This document shows, piece after piece, positions 57,558 to 61,847 of a stretch of DNA of 61,847 nt; the first letter of the stretch is position 1; every line of letters begins with the position of its first letter. The notes below the pieces were generated by a model. The model saw only the letters and a program-made list of their open reading frames with translations. It was not told the DNA's origin and made no database searches. Both the position numbers and the translations under genes were made by a program. The DNA lies in contig JBHIAV010000014.1 of the NCBI GenBank assembly GCA_046758745.1, positions 1 to 61,847 on the forward strand. Reading direction: 5' to 3'. Origin of the DNA: Gemmatimonadota bacterium. Lineage in GTDB: Bacteria > Gemmatimonadota > Gemmatimonadetes > Palauibacterales > Palauibacteraceae.

Positions 57558-58100
57558 ATGGGCTCTCGAAACAGATGGACCGCTGCGACGGCGGCCGTTC
57601 TCGGCGCAGCGGCCGTCGCCGCCGTCATGATGGCGGGGAGACGGTCAGGCGAGGCCGACGCGCTCTCCACCGCCGACACCCTCTCCGCGACCGACGCCGT
57701 CCCGGCGAGCCCACCGGCATCGAACATCCGGGGAGCGAAGGTCACCGTATACAAGTCCCCCACCTGCGGCTGCTGCTCGAAGTGGGTCGACCACCTCCGG
57801 AAGAGCGGCTTCGAGGTCGTGGCCCTCGACGTGACGGATCTCGTATCGGTGAAGGCGCGCCACGGCGTCCCGCCCGAGCTTTCCTCCTGCCACACCGCGA
57901 CGGTCGAGGGCTACGTGATCGAGGGGCACGTGCCGGCGGATCTTATCGCCCGGCTGCTCGAGGAGCGGCCTGAGGTGGCGGGTCTCGCGGTCCCCGGCAT
58001 GCCGATGGGATCGCCGGGAATGGAAGGCGCGCGGAAGGATCCGTACGACATTCTCGCCTTCGACCGGGAGGGCAACGCCCGGGTGTACGCCAGCCGATAA
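57558..58100 (+). CDS. DUF411 / CopG-like exported metal-binding protein
   Basis: VYKSPTCGCC..W, SCHTA..GY.IEGHVP, GLAVPGMPMGSPGME. Confidence 0.92.
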   Translation: MGSRNRWTAATAAVLGAAAVAAVMMAGRRSGEADALSTADTLSATDAVPASPPASNIRGAKVTVYKSPTCGCCSKWVDHLRKSGFEVVALDVTDLVSVKARHGVPPELSSCHTATVEGYVIEGHVPADLIARLLEERPEVAGLAVPGMPMGSPGMEGARKDPYDILAFDREGNARVYASR

Positions 58101-58270
58101 CCTCTCGGGCGAGGCCACCCACCGGTCGGGGCGCAAGAGCGCTCGCGGTCCGCCCGCGGGGATGCGCCAGCCGATAACCTCTCCGGCGAGGCCACCCACC
58201 GGTCGGGGCGCAAGAGCGCTCGCGGCGCGCCTGCAGGGGTGCGCCAGCCGATGACCGCTCGGCCGAGGCC
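58088..58270. repeat. Tandem repeat, about 2.4 x 77 bp
   Basis: CGCCAGCCGATAACCTCTC.GGCGAGGCC.. at 58088 and 58165; degenerate partial copy at 58242. Confidence 0.88.
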
Positions 58271-58293
58271 GCGGCAGCTAAAGGAACAGGAGC

Positions 58294-58710
58294 ATGTTTC
58301 GAAACATCCTGGTCCCCGTCGACCTGACCGAGAAGAACGCCGCCGCGGTCGGAGTAGCGCGCGACCTCGCCCTCCAGAGCGACGGGGAGGTCACACTCCT
58401 TCACGTGATCGAGACGCTCGACCTTCCGTTCGAGGAGCTGGAGGACTTCTACCTCAAGCTGGAGGAGCAGGCGGGCCGCGGCATGGACGAGCTCGGGCGC
58501 CCGCTTCGGGAGGCCGGTGTCACGCTCAAGCAGCACATATGCTACGGGAGGCGGGCGAGCGAGATCGTCGCGTACGCGGAGGAGGCGGAGACCGACGTCA
58601 TCATCCTGAGCTCCCACCGGCTCGACCCGGAGAATCCGGAGCGGGGCTGGGCCACCATCAGCCACCAGGTCGCCATCCTCTCGCAGTGCCCGGTCCTCCT
58701 GGTCAAGTAA
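58294..58710 (+). CDS. Universal stress protein (UspA family)
   Basis: MFRNILVPVD..TLLHV..DVIILSSH..CPVLLVK. Confidence 0.92.
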   Translation: MFRNILVPVDLTEKNAAAVGVARDLALQSDGEVTLLHVIETLDLPFEELEDFYLKLEEQAGRGMDELGRPLREAGVTLKQHICYGRRASEIVAYAEEAETDVIILSSHRLDPENPERGWATISHQVAILSQCPVLLVK

Positions 58711-58865
58711 GTCACCAGCCCGGCGGAGCATTCTCCGTGCGTGCGTAGCACGCGCCCCCCTCGCGTCGATCCGGAGAACCTGGTCCGCACCGCGCAACGG
58801 GATCGCTGGCCGGGTGGGACCGGCGGACATAGTCTTGTGCCAGCCTCCGACGGGAGCCGAGGACC

Positions 58866-60128
58866 ATGGCCGTCTCGTTCGACCGGCTGAAGGCCGCCCT
58901 CGAGGACCGCTACGACGTCGAGCGCGAGCTCGGACGCGGCGGGATGGCCACCGTCTACCTGGCCCGGGACCTCAAGCACCACCGCCGGGTGGCCATCAAA
59001 GTGCTCCTCCCGGAGCTCGGCGTCGCGCTCGGTGCGAAGCGCTTCCTGCGCGAGATCGAGATCTGCGCGCAGCTCGCGCACCCCCACATCCTTCCCCTGT
59101 ACGATTCCGGCGAGGCGAGCGGCTACCTCTACTACGTCACGCCGTACCTCGAGGGGGAGACGCTCCGGGAGCGCCTGAAGCGCGAGCGCCAGCTACCGCT
59201 CGAGGACGCGCTGCGGATCACCCTGGAGGTGGCCGACGCGCTCGCCCACGCCCACGCGCACGACGTGGTGCACCGGGACATCAAGCCCGCCAACATCCTC
59301 CTCTCCGGCGGTCACGCCATCGTCGCCGACTTCGGCCTGGCGCGCGCGATCACACTGGCGGGAGGCGAGAGGCTCACCCAGACGGGCTTCGCCGTGGGCA
59401 CGCCGGAGTACATGAGCCCCGAGCAGGCACGGGGAGAGGAGAGCCTCGACGGCCGGAGCGACGTGTTCTCCCTCGGCTGCGTGCTGTACGAGATGCTGGC
59501 CGGGCGGCCGCCCTTCACCGGCCGTACCCCGCAGGTGATCATGGCCAGACGCATGAGCGAGCCGCCCTCTCCCCTCGGCCGCCTCCGGGAGGCCGTTCCA
59601 CCCGGGGTCGAGATGGCGGTGAACAAGGCGCTGGCGAAGAACCCCGTCGATCGCTTCCCGACGATGGAGAAGTTCGCGGAGTCGCTGGAAAGGGCGGTCG
59701 ACCCTCTGTCGGGGAGCGGGCCGAGCATCCCCGTGCCCGTCTCCGGAGTCTCGCGGGCGGTCCCGTCCTTCTGGGAGGAGCTCAGGCGCCGGGAAGTCTA
59801 CAACACCGGGTTCGTTTACGCGGTGGTGGCGTGGCTCCTGGTGCAGATCGTGGAGACCACCTTTCCCTACCTCGGCCTCTCCGATCAGGCTGTCACGGCG
59901 GTGATCGTGGTGGCGATCGCCGGCTTCCCCATCGCGCTCGGCCTCTCCTGGGCGTTCGAGATCACCCGGGAAGGGATTCGGCGCACCCAGCCGGTGGAGA
60001 TCGCGGGGGACGCCTCGCCGAGCGGGAGGTGGTGGGTCTCGAAGCGGACGCTCGTCGTGCTGGCCATCCTGCTCGCCCTCGCCGCCGCAGGGTGGTGGTG
60101 GCTGGACCGCCTCCCGGGGCCCTCGTAG
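58866..60128 (+). CDS. Hanks-type Ser/Thr protein kinase with C-terminal TM segments
   Basis: GRGGMATV, VAIK, HRDIKPAN, DFG, GTPEYMSPEQ; FWEELRRR.V + 3 TM. Confidence 0.93.
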   Translation: MAVSFDRLKAALEDRYDVERELGRGGMATVYLARDLKHHRRVAIKVLLPELGVALGAKRFLREIEICAQLAHPHILPLYDSGEASGYLYYVTPYLEGETLRERLKRERQLPLEDALRITLEVADALAHAHAHDVVHRDIKPANILLSGGHAIVADFGLARAITLAGGERLTQTGFAVGTPEYMSPEQARGEESLDGRSDVFSLGCVLYEMLAGRPPFTGRTPQVIMARRMSEPPSPLGRLREAVPPGVEMAVNKALAKNPVDRFPTMEKFAESLERAVDPLSGSGPSIPVPVSGVSRAVPSFWEELRRREVYNTGFVYAVVAWLLVQIVETTFPYLGLSDQAVTAVIVVAIAGFPIALGLSWAFEITREGIRRTQPVEIAGDASPSGRWWVSKRTLVVLAILLALAAAGWWWLDRLPGPS

Positions 60129-60336
60129 CGACCGCTCTCTCCGGGTCGTGCTCGCCGCGCCCTGGCTACCCTCCTCCGAAGGCGACCGTAAGGGCTTACG
60201 TGAAGAGCCGCGACCATCGAGAGGCCTCAGGATCCCCGGGACGGGTGGGGGGCAGGGTCGAAGTATAGCGCCCCCAAAGATCGAAAAACCTGGCCTTCAT
60301 TGACACCGGAGCCAACCCAACGGTACTCGGCCTCCT

Positions 60337-60975
60337 CTACGACGTACGTTCGATAGAGATCGTGTAGCTAATGTCGGGCGCCGCCGAGTTGCAGGTTCTG
60401 CCAGCCTTTCCCGGTCCCTTCATGCGCCACTTCGTCCCGGTCACCACGGTCGTGTTGCCCACGGCAGGAAGCCAGGCACCGGCGATGCTCCCGTCCGACA
60501 GCGTGAGCGTGTAGCTAACCTCTTTCTCGCCCTTCCCATCAAAAGCGTCGAAGAAGAAGGTGGCCGCTGCCTTCGTGGCGTCCTCCTTGTCCTGACGCAC
60601 ATCGAGCGTGCCACTGATGGGTTGATTCTTGAAGCAGTTGGTTCCGGGGGGGAAGATGAACATATCCCGGAAAGCGTCGAGGAAGGTGATCTCGATCTCC
60701 TTGGCTACGACACCCAGCGTGGGTTTCTCCGCCACGGTGGTCGTGCTTTTTGATCCCTGAAGAAGGAGGATCGGGGGCACAGCCTCCGCATCCCTGCCCG
60801 AAACCGCGACGGTGAAGGTCCCCCCTCCTGCGGGGTCATGCGGCGGGGGGCCTCCATGGTTGAACTGCGGGCCGAAGTCTCCTGGGCCCACGGGACTGGA
60901 TCCCTGCTCCTGGCAGCCCCACGTGAACGTGGAAACCAGGAGCGCTAGGGGGATCGTGAGGGCAGGTGTTTTCAT
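60337..60975 (-). CDS. Hypothetical lipoprotein
   Basis: RBS GGAGG; signal MKTPALTIPLALLVSTFTWGC; P/G-rich linker PQFNHGGPPPH. Confidence 0.78.
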   Translation of the reverse strand: MKTPALTIPLALLVSTFTWGCQEQGSSPVGPGDFGPQFNHGGPPPHDPAGGGTFTVAVSGRDAEAVPPILLLQGSKSTTTVAEKPTLGVVAKEIEITFLDAFRDMFIFPPGTNCFKNQPISGTLDVRQDKEDATKAAATFFFDAFDGKGEKEVSYTLTLSDGSIAGAWLPAVGNTTVVTGTKWRMKGPGKAGRTCNSAAPDISYTISIERTS

Positions 60976-61013
60976 TTCGGTTCCTCCGGCTTCTCGTGGG
61001 ACGCATAGCACGA

Positions 61014-61285
61014 GCTCTCTCATCATGGGCGGGAGGGTTCATGGACGACCGGCGGCTGTATGAGACGATCCTCGGGCTGGAGGCCCCATGGTACGTGGAG
61101 GGAGTCGAGGTCCGAGCGGAGGAAGAGGAGATTCTCGTCCGCCTCGAGAGGGCGGAGAGGACGCCGCTCCTGTGTCCCGAAGGCGGGCAGTCCGCTCCGG
61201 GCTACGACCGCTCGCCCGAGCGCCGACCTCGTGCGCGTCCGGGTGGAGCCTGCGGTGGAAGCCAGCCTCCTCCATTTGGTAGAGC
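61014..61285 (+). mobile_element. Internally deleted ISL3-family remnant (transposase N-terminus from 61041)
   Basis: MDDRRLYETILGLEAPWYV..CPEGG..GYD..ERR resembles ISL3 N-terminus/zinc finger, then degenerates; weak terminal IR GCTCT..ATGG / CCAT..AGAGC. Confidence 0.65.
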
Positions 61286-61301
61286 GCTACTCTTCCAGAC
61301 A

Positions 61302-61847
61302 TTATTGCACCGCTAAAGCCGCTTTGACCGGATGATCTCTTGCTTTCCTGACGCTCGCTTCGTCCGCCGCCAGCACAAGTAGCTGATCCTCTTTCCGAAT
61401 CTGGTATTCGTTTTCTCTCACCGTTAAAGGATTGCAGAGAATCTGCCGGTCAATGTGGAACCGCTTTTGGAGCATGTCGCGGAGGACGCCTCGATCGATA
61501 ACCTCTCGCATCCTTCCGGCCTTCCTCTCGTTCTCGTCCAGCAGGATGACCTTTATCCCGACAAGCAGCACCTTGTACTCGCTTCTGAAAACAGGCAGCA
61601 CTTCGTTGAAAGTCTTCTTTTCGACCCACGGGTAATCGGAGGCATCGACGAGGTAGAACTCGTTCACTTGATTGTACGACAGCAACTCACGCAACACGTC
61701 TGAGAGCCCGTGATTGAAGGTGCTCTGCACCATGATGCTCTCCGCCAGTTCCGTTGAACAAAGTACCTCGTTGACATCGCATTCGAGTAGGCTATCCCGG
61801 TACTCGTCATTGTTTATCTCAGCGATAATGTAAATTTGATCCGCTAG
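61302..61847 (-). CDS. C-terminal part of an RCK/TrkA-type ion channel-associated protein (5' truncated by window)
   Basis: Open to the edge; IIAEI..DVNEVLC..ELA..GLSDVLRELL..NEFY..LLVGI..NP..DQLLVLA; visibly lower GC. Confidence 0.65.
   Translation of the reverse strand, partial: LADQIYIIAEINNDEYRDSLLECDVNEVLCSTELAESIMVQSTFNHGLSDVLRELLSYNQVNEFYLVDASDYPWVEKKTFNEVLPVFRSEYKVLLVGIKVILLDENERKAGRMREVIDRGVLRDMLQKRFHIDRQILCNPLTVRENEYQIRKEDQLLVLAADEASVRKARDHPVKAALAVQ

Noticed and set aside
58088-58270. 77-bp repeat as a mini-CRISPR
   Set aside because: The whole period is repeated, including the would-be spacers

Overview
GC-rich bacterial chromosomal region. The protein repertoire (Hanks kinase type, BTAD regulator, many lipoproteins and TonB receptors) suggests Gemmatimonadota, which is an inference. 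In order, it holds: a 6-tRNA cluster; a Wzi-like beta-barrel; an alternative complex III operon (actABCDEF); an ECF sigma / zinc anti-sigma / lipoprotein TPR-CHAT protease module followed by two lipoproteins that share an apparently identical 645-bp duplication around a BTAD regulator; yajQ and sucA; exported redox and copper proteins sharing a GGAAC-N18-GTT promoter motif; an NCS2 permease; a TonB receptor/TolB-like/NHL operon; lsrF plus a bifunctional aldolase-SDR; and two more ECF modules. The most notable locus is 46.1-55.4 kb. It encodes GAF-GAF-HlyD, HlyD and RRE-like-M50 peptidase-HlyD proteins, a Crp regulator, a perfect CRP box, a 49-aa 'EELENRVSP' peptide missed by the ORF track, and a STAND/TPR adenylyl cyclase. 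Together these look like a cNMP-linked peptide processing and export system without an ABC transporter. The window ends with housekeeping genes, an ISL3 remnant and a lower-GC RCK-domain gene fragment. All calls come from motif recognition by eye; no database searches were run.
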